NCBI GenBank assembly: GCA_963793265.1
Contig: CAWBZI010000006.1
Span: 224,001 to 288,000, forward strand
DNA length: 64,000 nucleotides
DNA from: an uncultured cyanobacterium
GTDB lineage: Bacteria > Cyanobacteriota > Cyanobacteriia > Phormidesmidales > Phormidesmidaceae
Direction: 5' to 3'
The notes below the pieces were generated by a model. That model ran no database searches, was not told the DNA's origin, and saw nothing but the letters and a program-made list of their open reading frames with translations. The translations under genes were made by a program, and so were the position numbers. Below, piece after piece: positions 10,560-20,588 of the stretch. Within the stretch, counting starts at the first letter, position 1; each line of letters begins with the position of its first letter.

Positions 10560-10946
10560 TTACAGCAAGAGAATACCAACGATAACGGCAGCAGCAGCAA
10601 ACAATAGCGGCCCAGCTTTATCTGCTTCAGGAACGCTATCAATGGTATTAGCGAACTTTTGGCTAGGCTCTAGAGAATACGAGAGGCTGCGCTGACGCTG
10701 TTGAAAGCTTTTGAGCGGTGGCGACACCACAGGCGGGAGCTGCTTGTGAAAGTTGCAGTTAAGACAGTCGAAGGTATTAGGCGATCGCGTGATAATAGAG
10801 TACTTGCTGCACTTAGGACACTCTAAAGGCCCAGATACAGAAGGCGATCGCAATCGACCAGGCATGAGCGAGCTTGAGTCTAACAGGCTAGGCGATCGCA
10901 TATTGGGGTTGTGACGGGGCAAGCCTGATGTAGATGAGGTTTGCAT
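10560..10946 (-). CDS. Hypothetical zinc-ribbon protein with C-terminal membrane anchor
   Basis: CPKC...CLNC pair; hydrophobic C-terminus. Confidence 0.65.
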   Translation of the reverse strand: MQTSSTSGLPRHNPNMRSPSLLDSSSLMPGRLRSPSVSGPLECPKCSKYSIITRSPNTFDCLNCNFHKQLPPVVSPPLKSFQQRQRSLSYSLEPSQKFANTIDSVPEADKAGPLLFAAAAVIVGILLL

Positions 10947-11351
10947 GATAGAACACCTGAAATAGTGAGAGAGTTGTAGATGATGGCGGTGAATTATGCG
11001 GAGAACAGCGCTGCTTTTAGTAGCACTGATGTCTCCGTACTATCACCGCCTTACTAATCTCATGGATAGGCAGACAGTTTCGTCCGAAGAATCACGCGAT
11101 CGCTGCTTTGCCTGCAAGAGATACCTGTAAAAAGGCGTAGATTTACTCAGACAGGATTTTGTTAGGGTGGGGAATATACCCAATTTATTCGCTAGGCTTA
11201 GCAGGAAGTGTTAAGTTGCGGCAGAGGGCTGTAAAAAGACTGCCATGAAAAGATTGCCGCGAAAAGATTGCTAGAGAAAACCTGCAAGTAAAAAGACCCT
11301 CAGAAGACTACCGTAGAGAGTAAAGAGAATTTGATTGGGAACGCCTCACCT

Positions 11352-12467
11352 ATGGACTGGTTGAATCGACTGCCGCGCTGGATGATTTGGGGTGTCGCTC
11401 TGCCCTTGGTGGCATTAAACGGGTGGGTGGCCCTGCAAATATTTTCTTTTTTCCAGTCGCAGCTCACTATTTTTTTAACGGCGACGCTGCTCTCTTTTGT
11501 GCTCAACTACCCAGTCGAGCTACTGTCGCGATTTCGGCTGAGGCGATCGCTAGCCATCGTCATCGTGCTACTCACATCGATCTCAATATTAGGTGTGTTG
11601 GGCGTATTGCTCGTACCGCCGCTAGTCGAGCAGCTTAACGAACTCACTGGCCGCCTGCCCTCCTGGCTAGACTCTGGCACCGCACAGCTCACAGCATTGC
11701 AAGACTGGGCAATTGGCCTCGACTTACCCATCGATCTCTCCCGGCTTTCGGTGCAGCTACAGGGCAAAATTACCACTCAGCTCCAAAGCTTGAGCGCGAG
11801 CGTCATCGGTTTGCTACCCGATGCCATTAGCGGAGTCATTGACCTGGGTCTAACTGTCGTTTTGACCTTTTACTTGCTGCTGCATGGCGATCGCCTGTGG
11901 GACGGCATTTATCAATGGCTCCCCGAAGGCTGGAACGAGCACGCTAGGCCGCTGATTAAGCGCAACTTTCAAAACTATTTTCTAGGCCAAATCACCGTCG
12001 CCCTACTGATGGGCACGGCTATGACGATTGCCTTTGTGGCTATTCAGGTACCTTTTGGCCTGCTCTTTGGGATTGCGGTTGGCGTTATGGCAATCTTCCC
12101 GTTTGGCCCAGCGCTTAGCATTACGGTGATTAGCTTTTTAACGGCGCTGAAGAGTATCTGGCTTGGTGTGAGAGTCGTCACGGTTGCAGCGGTAATAGAT
12201 CAGGTGGTGGAGAATGCGATCGCACCTCAGCTTATCGGTGGTTTTGTTGGCCTAAATCCAGTTTGGATCTTAGTTTCGCTGCTGATAGGAACCAAGATTG
12301 CAGGCGTACTAGGACTGATTGTTGCCGTGCCTGTGGCTAGCTCTATCAAGAACCTATTTGAAGACAGCCGCCTGCCGCCTTCAGGCGCTGGTGAAGTCTC
12401 TACAGCTAAGCAAAACGATTCTGAGCAGCCGCCTTCAGAAGGGACTACCGCAGTCGCTTCCGCGTAA
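11352..12467 (+). CDS. AI-2E family transporter
   Basis: Multi-TM; VLTFYLLLHG, VGLNPVWILVSLLIG, GLIVAVP; ATG at 11352 preferred. Confidence 0.9.
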   Translation: MDWLNRLPRWMIWGVALPLVALNGWVALQIFSFFQSQLTIFLTATLLSFVLNYPVELLSRFRLRRSLAIVIVLLTSISILGVLGVLLVPPLVEQLNELTGRLPSWLDSGTAQLTALQDWAIGLDLPIDLSRLSVQLQGKITTQLQSLSASVIGLLPDAISGVIDLGLTVVLTFYLLLHGDRLWDGIYQWLPEGWNEHARPLIKRNFQNYFLGQITVALLMGTAMTIAFVAIQVPFGLLFGIAVGVMAIFPFGPALSITVISFLTALKSIWLGVRVVTVAAVIDQVVENAIAPQLIGGFVGLNPVWILVSLLIGTKIAGVLGLIVAVPVASSIKNLFEDSRLPPSGAGEVSTAKQNDSEQPPSEGTTAVASA

Positions 12468-12507
12468 CTAGCTTCTGCATAACTGCGAAATTCTGTCGCT
12501 GCAAAAT

Positions 12508-13767
12508 CTACAGCGTGCTGGGCAAAGACACCACGAACTCTGTACCCACACCGGGCTCGGAGTGGAAAGTCAGATGGCCGTGATGAACTTCAGTGATAAT
12601 CTCGCGAGCAACGCCAAGGCCAAGCCCTGTTCCTTTACCGACCGGCCTAGTGGTGAAAAACTGATCAAATATCTTAGTCTGAATTTCTTTGGGAATACCT
12701 GTGCCATTGTCTCGAATGCGAACAATTGCGCAGTCGTTTTCAAAAGCGGTAGAGATTGTAATCGCTGGATTGTCTCGGACGACACCTTCAGGGGGCAGGT
12801 CACAAAACTTTTCTTCTATCGCATCTATCGCATTCGCCATCAGATTCATCAACACCTGATTAAGCTGGCTAGGGTAGCATTCTATATCAGGAACGTCTCC
12901 GTACTCTTTGATAATTTGAATTTCAGGACGCGTCTCTTTTTGTTGTATCAAGCTCTGTAAAATCATCAGAATGCTCTCGATGCCATCGTGCAGGCTCGCA
13001 TACTTTCGCTCTGCTTCGTCCAAACGCGAGAATGTTCTGAGCGATTCAACAATCTTTTGAATACGACGCGTGCCCATACTCATAGAGCCTAGCAGCTTAA
13101 CGAAGTCTTCTTGAATAAATTCGAGATTGACTTCCTCAGCGAAGTCTTGAATTTCTAGAGAAGGGGCAGCGTTTTTTTCGTATAGCTGCACGAGCCCCAG
13201 CAAAGACTCTGCGTACTCTTGAGCGGGTGCCAGGTTGCCATGAATAAAGCTTACCGGGTTGTTAATTTCGTGAGCGATCCCCGCGACGAGTTGGCCCAAT
13301 GCGGCCATTTTTTCCTTCTGAACCAGGCTGGCCTGGATTCTACGCAGAGCCAAATGAGCTTTAATTCTAGCTAGGGTTTCGGCCTGATCAAAAGGCTTAG
13401 TGATGTAGTCTACTGCGCCTAAGTTAAGACCTTGAATTTTGTTGACGGTATCCGAAAGGGCCGTCATAAACAGCACTGGAATGTCTCGGGTTTTAGGATC
13501 TTTTTTGAGCTGACGGCAGGTTTCAAAGCCGTCGATGCCAGGCATCATGACATCTAGAAGAATGAGATTGGGAGAGACTTTTTGAACGTTTTTCAAAGCT
13601 TGTTCGCCGCTTTGAGCAATCACAACTCGGTAGTGACAGGTATGCAAAAAGTCGCACAGCACTTTAAGATTAACGGCGTTATCATCGACAACTAAGATAG
13701 TGTCTTGCTGAGAAAGCAGGCTTGCATCTATTCGATCAAGTTCTTTAGGCGCTACGGTTTCAGACAT
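12508..13767 (-). CDS. Hybrid response regulator-histidine kinase (REC-HisKA-HATPase, no sensor domain)
   Basis: ILVVDD, LLDVMMP, DYITKPF; IAHEINNP; GKGTGLGL. Confidence 0.9.
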   Translation of the reverse strand: MSETVAPKELDRIDASLLSQQDTILVVDDNAVNLKVLCDFLHTCHYRVVIAQSGEQALKNVQKVSPNLILLDVMMPGIDGFETCRQLKKDPKTRDIPVLFMTALSDTVNKIQGLNLGAVDYITKPFDQAETLARIKAHLALRRIQASLVQKEKMAALGQLVAGIAHEINNPVSFIHGNLAPAQEYAESLLGLVQLYEKNAAPSLEIQDFAEEVNLEFIQEDFVKLLGSMSMGTRRIQKIVESLRTFSRLDEAERKYASLHDGIESILMILQSLIQQKETRPEIQIIKEYGDVPDIECYPSQLNQVLMNLMANAIDAIEEKFCDLPPEGVVRDNPAITISTAFENDCAIVRIRDNGTGIPKEIQTKIFDQFFTTRPVGKGTGLGLGVAREIITEVHHGHLTFHSEPGVGTEFVVSLPSTL

Positions 13768-13844
13768 CTTTATCGCTTTTTGATGGAGGTTTTCTTTAGT
13801 TTTCCCATTCCGCTTTTTAAGCGGAAGCGATTTTTGAAGTCATC

Positions 13845-13891
13845 AAAAAAAGTTCAAGGCCCGCCGAGTGAAGTGCGCTGACCTTGAACTT
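13845..13891 (-). terminator. Probable terminator downstream of DUF928 gene
   Basis: aagttcaagg...ccttgaactt inverted repeat followed by a U-run on the minus strand. Confidence 0.55.
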
Positions 13892-13968
13892 GTAAAAGAT
13901 ATTAGAGAATCTATAGCTGCTTTTTATCTAGTTCTTACCCTCTGCGCTACGGGCAGTTATTGCAAAAT

Positions 13969-14760
13969 CTAATTAAGAACAGCCTGAACAGTAGACACGG
14001 CAGGCGATAAAACGTCAGTCAAACCGGCTGAGGCTAGTAGCTGGTTCCACTCAGCGGCGATCGCCTCATTGTCGGGTTCAGCCTGGCGCAGTTCATTCAG
14101 CACAATTGCTGCATCGTGCCATAGATTAGCCTGCTGATACAAAAGCCTCGCCTCCATCAGCGGCTCGGCAATGGCTAGCTGCGTTGCAAAGCCCGTGGGC
14201 ACCGACTGCTGAGCAAACCAGTCAGAGGGCGCTACCCGGCGAATACTGCCATAGACAGTCGTGTCGTTTGAGCGATCGCTCACGTTAGGAACAATAGAAA
14301 AATACCACTGATAGTTTTCGTCTGGCGTTAGGGCAGGCATATCAGGCATATCAGCGATGCCCACCGTTACAAAGCCAGCTTCTTTGCTAACCTCAAAGGT
14401 TTTCTCGTAGACTAAAGCGTCGTTGCTATCGCGCAAAACAAACTCAGCGCTATTGTTAGATGCCATCTCAGGAACGTAAAACAATAGCGTAGGATGAGAG
14501 GCGGTGGTGATACTTAAAGGGGCAGGCGTCGTGATAGCAGTTAAAGCGCCGAGCGTATTAGCAAACACAGTTTCGCTGCGAGTGCCCCCGCCTATGCGTC
14601 GGCCAGGCACGCCGTATCGCGAGTCAGAAGCGTCTTCTTTAGCGCCAAGGTTGGATTCTAGAATGGACTGAGCACGGGCAGCCGGAGCGGCTATGCCCCC
14701 GATTACAAAACTACTTAAGCCAAGCAGCAAAAACGAACGAACGAATGGTGTAGTCATCAT
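13969..14760 (-). CDS. DUF928 domain exported protein
   Basis: Signal peptide (AARA); PGRRIGGGTR, HPTLLFYVP, YQWYFSI, LWHDA, WNQLLASAGL. Confidence 0.85.
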   Translation of the reverse strand: MMTTPFVRSFLLLGLSSFVIGGIAAPAARAQSILESNLGAKEDASDSRYGVPGRRIGGGTRSETVFANTLGALTAITTPAPLSITTASHPTLLFYVPEMASNNSAEFVLRDSNDALVYEKTFEVSKEAGFVTVGIADMPDMPALTPDENYQWYFSIVPNVSDRSNDTTVYGSIRRVAPSDWFAQQSVPTGFATQLAIAEPLMEARLLYQQANLWHDAAIVLNELRQAEPDNEAIAAEWNQLLASAGLTDVLSPAVSTVQAVLN

Positions 14761-15270
14761 TATCTTCAAGTTTGATTGTTGTTTATGAACAGGACTACTT
14801 AAGAATGCTGAAACCTTCCGTTAGATGCCAGATAAAACGTCCTGTGTTTGTGTGCTTATATTCTAGGAAAACTGTCCGAATTCATAAATAGAGAAGATAC
14901 CGAATCTCCAAATGCAGATAGTTGTCTCTTAAGCCGTATTGTGCATAAAGACACTGTGCTGCGTGTGGCATGAATCAACCGAAGGTTAGAGTTTTTACGC
15001 CCATAGAAAAAGAAAAGTAAGAAAGCATATTTCTCACGATTACGACGCTTTGCTACTGATAGCCTCTGCAAGCAACGAAATAGAATCTTGAGAGCGTTTA
15101 CCACATCTTTATATCTATCAGTATGTATCTAATAGAAGTGCGTTTTTTTACATACCAAACACGCAATTACTGATTGCTCTTGAACCGAGTTCGTATTATT
15201 ATCCAAAGGAATTTAAAGAATACTTAATGTTTCTTTTAATTCAACCAACTAATTTTAGAGGAGTGTACGA

Positions 15271-15465
15271 ATGAAGTCTGTTATCAGTAAGTCGCTAACG
15301 ATTTCTTTGGCAGTTGCCGCTGCGCTTGCCCTGCCTACGGCTGTCAAAGCACAGGCAGATAGCATGGTAGAGAACGAGACAGCGATCGCGACTATCGAAG
15401 AGAATATTAATACTGAAACCAACTGGTGCTTCAGGGTTCCTGGCTACGGATGGGTATGCGGATAA
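15271..15465 (+). CDS. Small exported peptide precursor with C-terminal Cys-x9-Cys aromatic core
   Basis: AGAGGAG RBS at 15257-15263; Sec signal ending AVKA; acidic spacer; C-terminus WCFRVPGYGWVCG; terminator follows. Confidence 0.8.
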   Translation: MKSVISKSLTISLAVAAALALPTAVKAQADSMVENETAIATIEENINTETNWCFRVPGYGWVCG

Positions 15466-15506
15466 GTTTAGTTTCTCTGTAGCATCTGTCTTTAGATACG
15501 CATTAG

Positions 15507-15545
15507 AAAGGGCCTTAAGTTCTAGTTAGCTTAAGGCCCTTTTTT
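15507..15545 (+). terminator. Intrinsic terminator after the peptide gene
   Basis: 13-bp perfect stem aaagggccttaag/cttaaggcccttt followed by T-run. Confidence 0.85.
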
Positions 15546-15704
15546 GCGCGCATTGAAAAGTTACAGCAAAAGGGTGTTCAGTACAGATTCATATTGGGAA
15601 AACTTGATGGATCGTAGACGTTTCATTAGTTTAGAAACGCTATCAAAAGCTGGTAGGCATAGAAATACGCATTCATCAACCGTTTCAGAGTCCTGTGAGT
15701 TTTC

Positions 15705-17951
15705 ATGTTCAAAAAGTGTTCTTTTATACTTTTTTATTGGAGCAGTTTCTACGCTTTGTGGAGCGGCCCGTCGCTATCGGTAAAAGGTGAGCCCTCCGCT
15801 ATTTATACGGACGGAACAACCCAAACAAATATCACTGGAGACTCAACCTGCCTGTCAGGGTGCACTATCTCGGGCGGCACCCGTATAGGAGACAACCTGT
15901 TTCACAGCTTCAGCGAACTCAGCATACTTGAAAATACGACGGTCACCTTTGCAGATGGCGGTGCAGCTAATATTTTTGCCCGCGTTTCTGAGAGAGCCTC
16001 TTTAGTTGACGGTACGCTAGCGGTCGCTGGAAGCACAGATGCCAACTTCTTCTTAATTAACCCTCATGGAATTGTTTTCGGCCCTAACGCGGTGCTCGCA
16101 ACAGCCGGATCCTTTGTCGCGAGCACTGCTGAGAGCATCATCTTTGCAGATGGCGCGCAATTCAGCGCCACTATTAATACACTTCCTGTACTTATAGTGA
16201 GTGCGCCTATCGGATTACAGTTTGGCTCAAACCCAGGCAGCATCACGAATCGATCGCAGATCGCTCAGGCAGGATTTTCGACTGGGCTACAGGTCAGTAG
16301 CGGACAGACGCTATCGCTAGTGGGGAGCGGCGTCTATTTAGAAGGAAGTAGTCTCACAGCGAGTAGCGGGCAAATAGCCATTGGGAGTGTCAGTGCTCAC
16401 AGCAGCGTTTCTCTGCTGTCTGATTTGACAGTAGAATACTCGGATACATCGGGCTTTGAAGATATTTACCTAACGCCCAGAGCGCTAATAGATGCTAGTG
16501 GAAACGAAGGACATATCTTTATTCGGGGTCGTAATATCGTTTCAGAAGGTGCTGCAATCGCAAACATCACCGCTGCCAACGCGACTGCTGGCTCTGTAAC
16601 ACTTGTATCCGACGAGACTATAGACTTCACCGGAGGAGGAATTTTCCTTTCTCCTGCGTTCGGTAGCGCCAGCGATGGTGCAAACCTGGTGATTTCTACT
16701 AGCGAACTTGCGTTGAAAGGCGGCGCGATCATTTCAAGCGGTACGTTTGGCGCAGGCAATGGTGGAAGCCTAGCCATTGACGCCTCAAATTCTGTTGAGC
16801 TAAGCGGCACAGGGCTGAGCTTTCCTACGCTTATAACGTCCTCTACAGAAGGCAGTGGCACGGGAGGGCAAATCACTATTGATACAAACAGGCTAGCTAT
16901 TACAGATGGCGCTCAAATACAGGCCATTGCTTATAGTCAGGGAACCGGTGGAGATATCACCATCCATGCAGATGAACGCGTTGACATCGCAGGCACTGAG
17001 GAGACAGCTTCTATTGGCACATCTATCAGTGGTATCTCAGCAGCTTCAGGTATAGAAGGTCTGCCTTTTCAGCCCACAGGATCAGGAGGCAGCATATCTA
17101 TCACGACTGACAGACTAACGATTAGCGATCGCGCTCAGGTATCGGTTAATAGCTTAGGGCAGGGGAACGCAGGAGATTTGAATGTTACGGCTCGTACTGT
17201 TCGCCTGGACAACAACGCTCAGGTCACAGCGACAGCGGCCTTTGGCAACGGCGGGAACCTTTATTTAGAGGGGTTGGAGACGCTCTTATTGCGTCGAGGA
17301 AGCGTAATTTCTACTCAAGCAGGAATTAGCGATGGGCAGGGCGATGGCGGTAATATTTTTATCAATGCAGATTTTGTAGTGACTCGTTTGCTTGAAGATA
17401 GTGACATTGTGGCTAAAGCAGCACAAGGGCGAGGCGGCAATATTACGATTGATACAAGGGGTCTGTACGGGATTAGGCAGCGGCGGGCGATCGCAAACAA
17501 TCGAACCAACGATATTGATGCCAGCTCTGAGTTCGGCATTAGCGGCACCATTGAAATAAATCAGCTCGCCGCCGCCGCAGACCTAGAGGGTGCGATACTG
17601 GCAGAACGACCTTTAGAGACAGCGACAGTCGTTAGTAAGCGATGCGATGCTACTGGCAACCGATTTGTTGTAACCGGAAGAGGCGGCGTGCCAGCTTCTC
17701 CTAATAGCTCGGTAGAGATACATTCATTTTTAGATGACTTGGGAGAGAGCTTAGAAGGCGACACGGTAGCTATAGATAGTGAGGAAACTGCTTTTGAAGA
17801 GACTGTTTCTGAGACAATAGCCTCGGTAAAAGATGGCCATTGGGCAGAAGCGACCGGTTGGGGAACGGATGCAAATGGACAGGTCACACTGTTTTCAGCA
17901 AGATCGCAGGACAGTGCGGTGTCTCACATGGCAGGGCACTGCACAGGCTAG
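15705..17951 (+). CDS. Filamentous haemagglutinin N-terminal domain (TpsA-like) beta-helix protein
   Basis: ISGGTRIGDNLFHSF, FFLINPHGIVFGPNA, repeated GNGG/GTGG-xIxI units, C-terminal FVVTGRGGVP. Confidence 0.9.
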   Translation: MFKKCSFILFYWSSFYALWSGPSLSVKGEPSAIYTDGTTQTNITGDSTCLSGCTISGGTRIGDNLFHSFSELSILENTTVTFADGGAANIFARVSERASLVDGTLAVAGSTDANFFLINPHGIVFGPNAVLATAGSFVASTAESIIFADGAQFSATINTLPVLIVSAPIGLQFGSNPGSITNRSQIAQAGFSTGLQVSSGQTLSLVGSGVYLEGSSLTASSGQIAIGSVSAHSSVSLLSDLTVEYSDTSGFEDIYLTPRALIDASGNEGHIFIRGRNIVSEGAAIANITAANATAGSVTLVSDETIDFTGGGIFLSPAFGSASDGANLVISTSELALKGGAIISSGTFGAGNGGSLAIDASNSVELSGTGLSFPTLITSSTEGSGTGGQITIDTNRLAITDGAQIQAIAYSQGTGGDITIHADERVDIAGTEETASIGTSISGISAASGIEGLPFQPTGSGGSISITTDRLTISDRAQVSVNSLGQGNAGDLNVTARTVRLDNNAQVTATAAFGNGGNLYLEGLETLLLRRGSVISTQAGISDGQGDGGNIFINADFVVTRLLEDSDIVAKAAQGRGGNITIDTRGLYGIRQRRAIANNRTNDIDASSEFGISGTIEINQLAAAADLEGAILAERPLETATVVSKRCDATGNRFVVTGRGGVPASPNSSVEIHSFLDDLGESLEGDTVAIDSEETAFEETVSETIASVKDGHWAEATGWGTDANGQVTLFSARSQDSAVSHMAGHCTG

Positions 17952-20588
17952 ATGAAAAAACAGCGGCGCGTTCTCAGGCTTTTATTTGCAGCGCTTTTAG
18001 GCGTGCTGTTAGAGATGGGGAGTGGAAACTATCTTTCTATCGATGATGCCGCATCAGCACAAGCTGCTGTTCAACAAAGGCAATCTCAGCAGATGGAGAA
18101 GCAAGCGGTTGAGCAGCAAGCGGCACAGGCTAGACAGCTATATATTAACGGCCAGTTTTTGGAGGCGATCGCCCAATGGCAGGCGATCGCGCAAACGTAT
18201 GCCGCTCAGCAAAACACACTCGCTCAAGCCAGCGCCCTTAGCAACCTTTCACTGAGCTACCAGCAAATAGGCCAGTGGGATAGCGCGCGCGGGGCAATCG
18301 AGCAAAGCTTGGCGCTCATTCAGTCTACGACAAACAACAGTCAGTCTCAGAGTCAGCAGTGGGCTGTGCTAGCTCAAGCATTAATGACCCAAGGCAGACT
18401 AAAGATGTCTGTAGGACAACCTGAGCAGGCGCTAGCCATTTGGCAACAGGCTACCGAAGCCTATCAAAAGAACAACAATACTATCGGTCAAAGTCGCGCT
18501 CAAATCAACCAGGCACAGGCGCTAAGAGAGCTTGGATTTTACCGGCAGGCGCTTGAGAAGCTGACAACAGTTACGGCTACGATAGACCCACAGCCGCCCT
18601 CACTGGTAAAAGCGATCGCACTTCGCCGCTTAGGAGAAGCCCTGCGGCTCAACGGCCAACTGTCCGAGGCTCAAACAACTCTTTTACAAAGCCTCGTGAT
18701 CGCTATTCAGTTAGAGAGCCCATCAGAAACTAGCGCAACACTATCAAGCCTTGGACATACCGCACGGGCTATAGGAGAGAATGACGCTGCTGAGACTTTT
18801 TACGCTAGAGCGATCGCAGCGCTTGGGCCAAACGCCTCAGCCAGGCAAAGCGTACCGATTCAGCTCGCTCAGCTACAGCTATATGTCAAAACTCAAAAAT
18901 GGACATTGGCGACCGAATTATTGCCCGCAATTCAATCGCAGTTTGACGAACTACCGCTCAGTCGAAAGGCTATTTTCTACGCGATAAACTGGGCAAACAG
19001 CTCAATAAAAATTATTCAGGCTAAGGCTCACACAGACATCAGCGCCGCCGGGTCAAAACCGGTCGCTCAGCAGCTCAAGCAGACAATCGAGCAGGCCCGC
19101 AGGCTGTCGGATATAAGCGCTGAGTCCTATGCGCTAGGCACGCTCGGCCAGCTATACGAACAAAATCAGCAGTGGGGTGAAGCCCAAGTCCTTACGCAAA
19201 AGGCGCTGAGCCTGAGCCTTGCAGGCAATGACGCAGAAATTTCCTATCGGTGGCAGTGGCAGACGGGCAGATTATGGCAGCATTCCAACAATCCCAAACG
19301 CTCTATTCCTAACGCGTTAGAAGCCTATTCTCAGGCGGTAGCAACCCTGTCACAGCTAAGAGGCGACTTGAGCAAAGCGAACAACACCATGCAGTTTTCG
19401 TTTTCAGAAGATGTGGAGCCGGTCTATAGGGAGTTTGTGAGCCTGCTGGTGCAGACTGATGATCTGTCGCCTGACTATCAAAAGAATTTAGCGATCGCTC
19501 AAAACACCATCGAATCTCTCCGGCTTGCTGAACTCGACAACTACTTTCAAGAAGCCTGTATAGACGTGCAGCCGGTAGATATCAGCCAGGTCGATCCAAA
19601 GGCAGCTATTATCTATACGCTCGTTCTTGACGATCACCTTTCAGTCATCTTGAAACTACCCAATCAGCCCTTACAGCATTTTTCAACAGATGTAGGCGCA
19701 CATGAGGTCGGCAAGCTAGCCAAACAAATTAGACAGCAGCTTGTTATTCGCAGCCGCAGGCAGTATTTCGAGCCTGCCAAAAGGATGTATGACTGGCTAA
19801 TTGCCCCTGCTAGAGAGGCGATTGAGCGCAGTGGTGTAAAGACATTAGTATTCGTGCTAGACGGGCCGCTACAGAGCATTCCGATGGCTGCGCTTTATGA
19901 TGGCGATCGCTTCTTAATTGAAGACTACGCTGTGGGCCTCACGTCCGGGCTAAAGCTGATTAACCCTCAGCCCTGGCAGCGCTCAAACCTGAAGGCATTA
20001 ATCGTAGGACTCACCGAGAGCAGGCAGGGATTAGTGCCGCTTCCTTATGTAGCGCAAGAAGTTGAACAGATTAAGGCTAATGTTAGAAGCAACAATCTTC
20101 TTTTAAATCAGAACTTCACCTATAAAGCCCTGTCTCGAAAGCTTAAGTCTTCGCTATACCCTATTGTTCATATAGCAACGCACGGTAGGTTTGGATCTAC
20201 GCCAGAAGAAACGTACTTAGTCGCCTGGGATGAACGGATTAACGTGCGCGAGGTGAATCGGATGCTTCAGGCTAATTTGGGTAGCAGGCAAGGCATAGAG
20301 CTATTAGTGTTGAGCGCCTGTGAAACCGCTAGCGGCGACCAAAAGGCAGCATTAGGGTTAGCGGGCGTCGCTATTAAAGCAGGCGCGCGCAGTACGTTAG
20401 GATCGCTTTGGGCCATTCAGGATGAAGCGACTGCTGAATTTGCAGGGCAGTTTTATCAGCAGCTTGCCCAGCCAGAGGCTACCCGCGCAGGCGCACTGCG
20501 AAAGGCGCAACTGAAGCTGCTAAAAGACCCAGAATATAAGCATCCTATCTACTGGGCACCTTACGTTTTATTAGGAAGCTGGATGTGA
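17952..20588 (+). CDS. TPR-CHAT (caspase-like) protease
   Basis: TPR helices; IVHIATHG and LVLSACETA (His/Cys dyad); [14 protein letters not shown]; hydrophobic N-terminus. Confidence 0.92.
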   Translation: MKKQRRVLRLLFAALLGVLLEMGSGNYLSIDDAASAQAAVQQRQSQQMEKQAVEQQAAQARQLYINGQFLEAIAQWQAIAQTYAAQQNTLAQASALSNLSLSYQQIGQWDSARGAIEQSLALIQSTTNNSQSQSQQWAVLAQALMTQGRLKMSVGQPEQALAIWQQATEAYQKNNNTIGQSRAQINQAQALRELGFYRQALEKLTTVTATIDPQPPSLVKAIALRRLGEALRLNGQLSEAQTTLLQSLVIAIQLESPSETSATLSSLGHTARAIGENDAAETFYARAIAALGPNASARQSVPIQLAQLQLYVKTQKWTLATELLPAIQSQFDELPLSRKAIFYAINWANSSIKIIQAKAHTDISAAGSKPVAQQLKQTIEQARRLSDISAESYALGTLGQLYEQNQQWGEAQVLTQKALSLSLAGNDAEISYRWQWQTGRLWQHSNNPKRSIPNALEAYSQAVATLSQLRGDLSKANNTMQFSFSEDVEPVYREFVSLLVQTDDLSPDYQKNLAIAQNTIESLRLAELDNYFQEACIDVQPVDISQVDPKAAIIYTLVLDDHLSVILKLPNQPLQHFSTDVGAHEVGKLAKQIRQQLVIRSRRQYFEPAKRMYDWLIAPAREAIERSGVKTLVFVLDGPLQSIPMAALYDGDRFLIEDYAVGLTSGLKLINPQPWQRSNLKALIVGLTESRQGLVPLPYVAQEVEQIKANVRSNNLLLNQNFTYKALSRKLKSSLYPIVHIATHGRFGSTPEETYLVAWDERINVREVNRMLQANLGSRQGIELLVLSACETASGDQKAALGLAGVAIKAGARSTLGSLWAIQDEATAEFAGQFYQQLAQPEATRAGALRKAQLKLLKDPEYKHPIYWAPYVLLGSWM

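Noticed and set aside
14856..15783. ORFs 14856..15104(-) and 15544..15783(+) as additional peptides
   Set aside because: Non-ATG starts, no RBS or signal features; the second overlaps the terminator and the FHA start
17952..20588. TPR-CHAT as a Craspase (type III-E CRISPR) component
   Set aside because: No gRAMP/Cas7-11 gene or array; export-like N-terminus and FHA/DUF928 context
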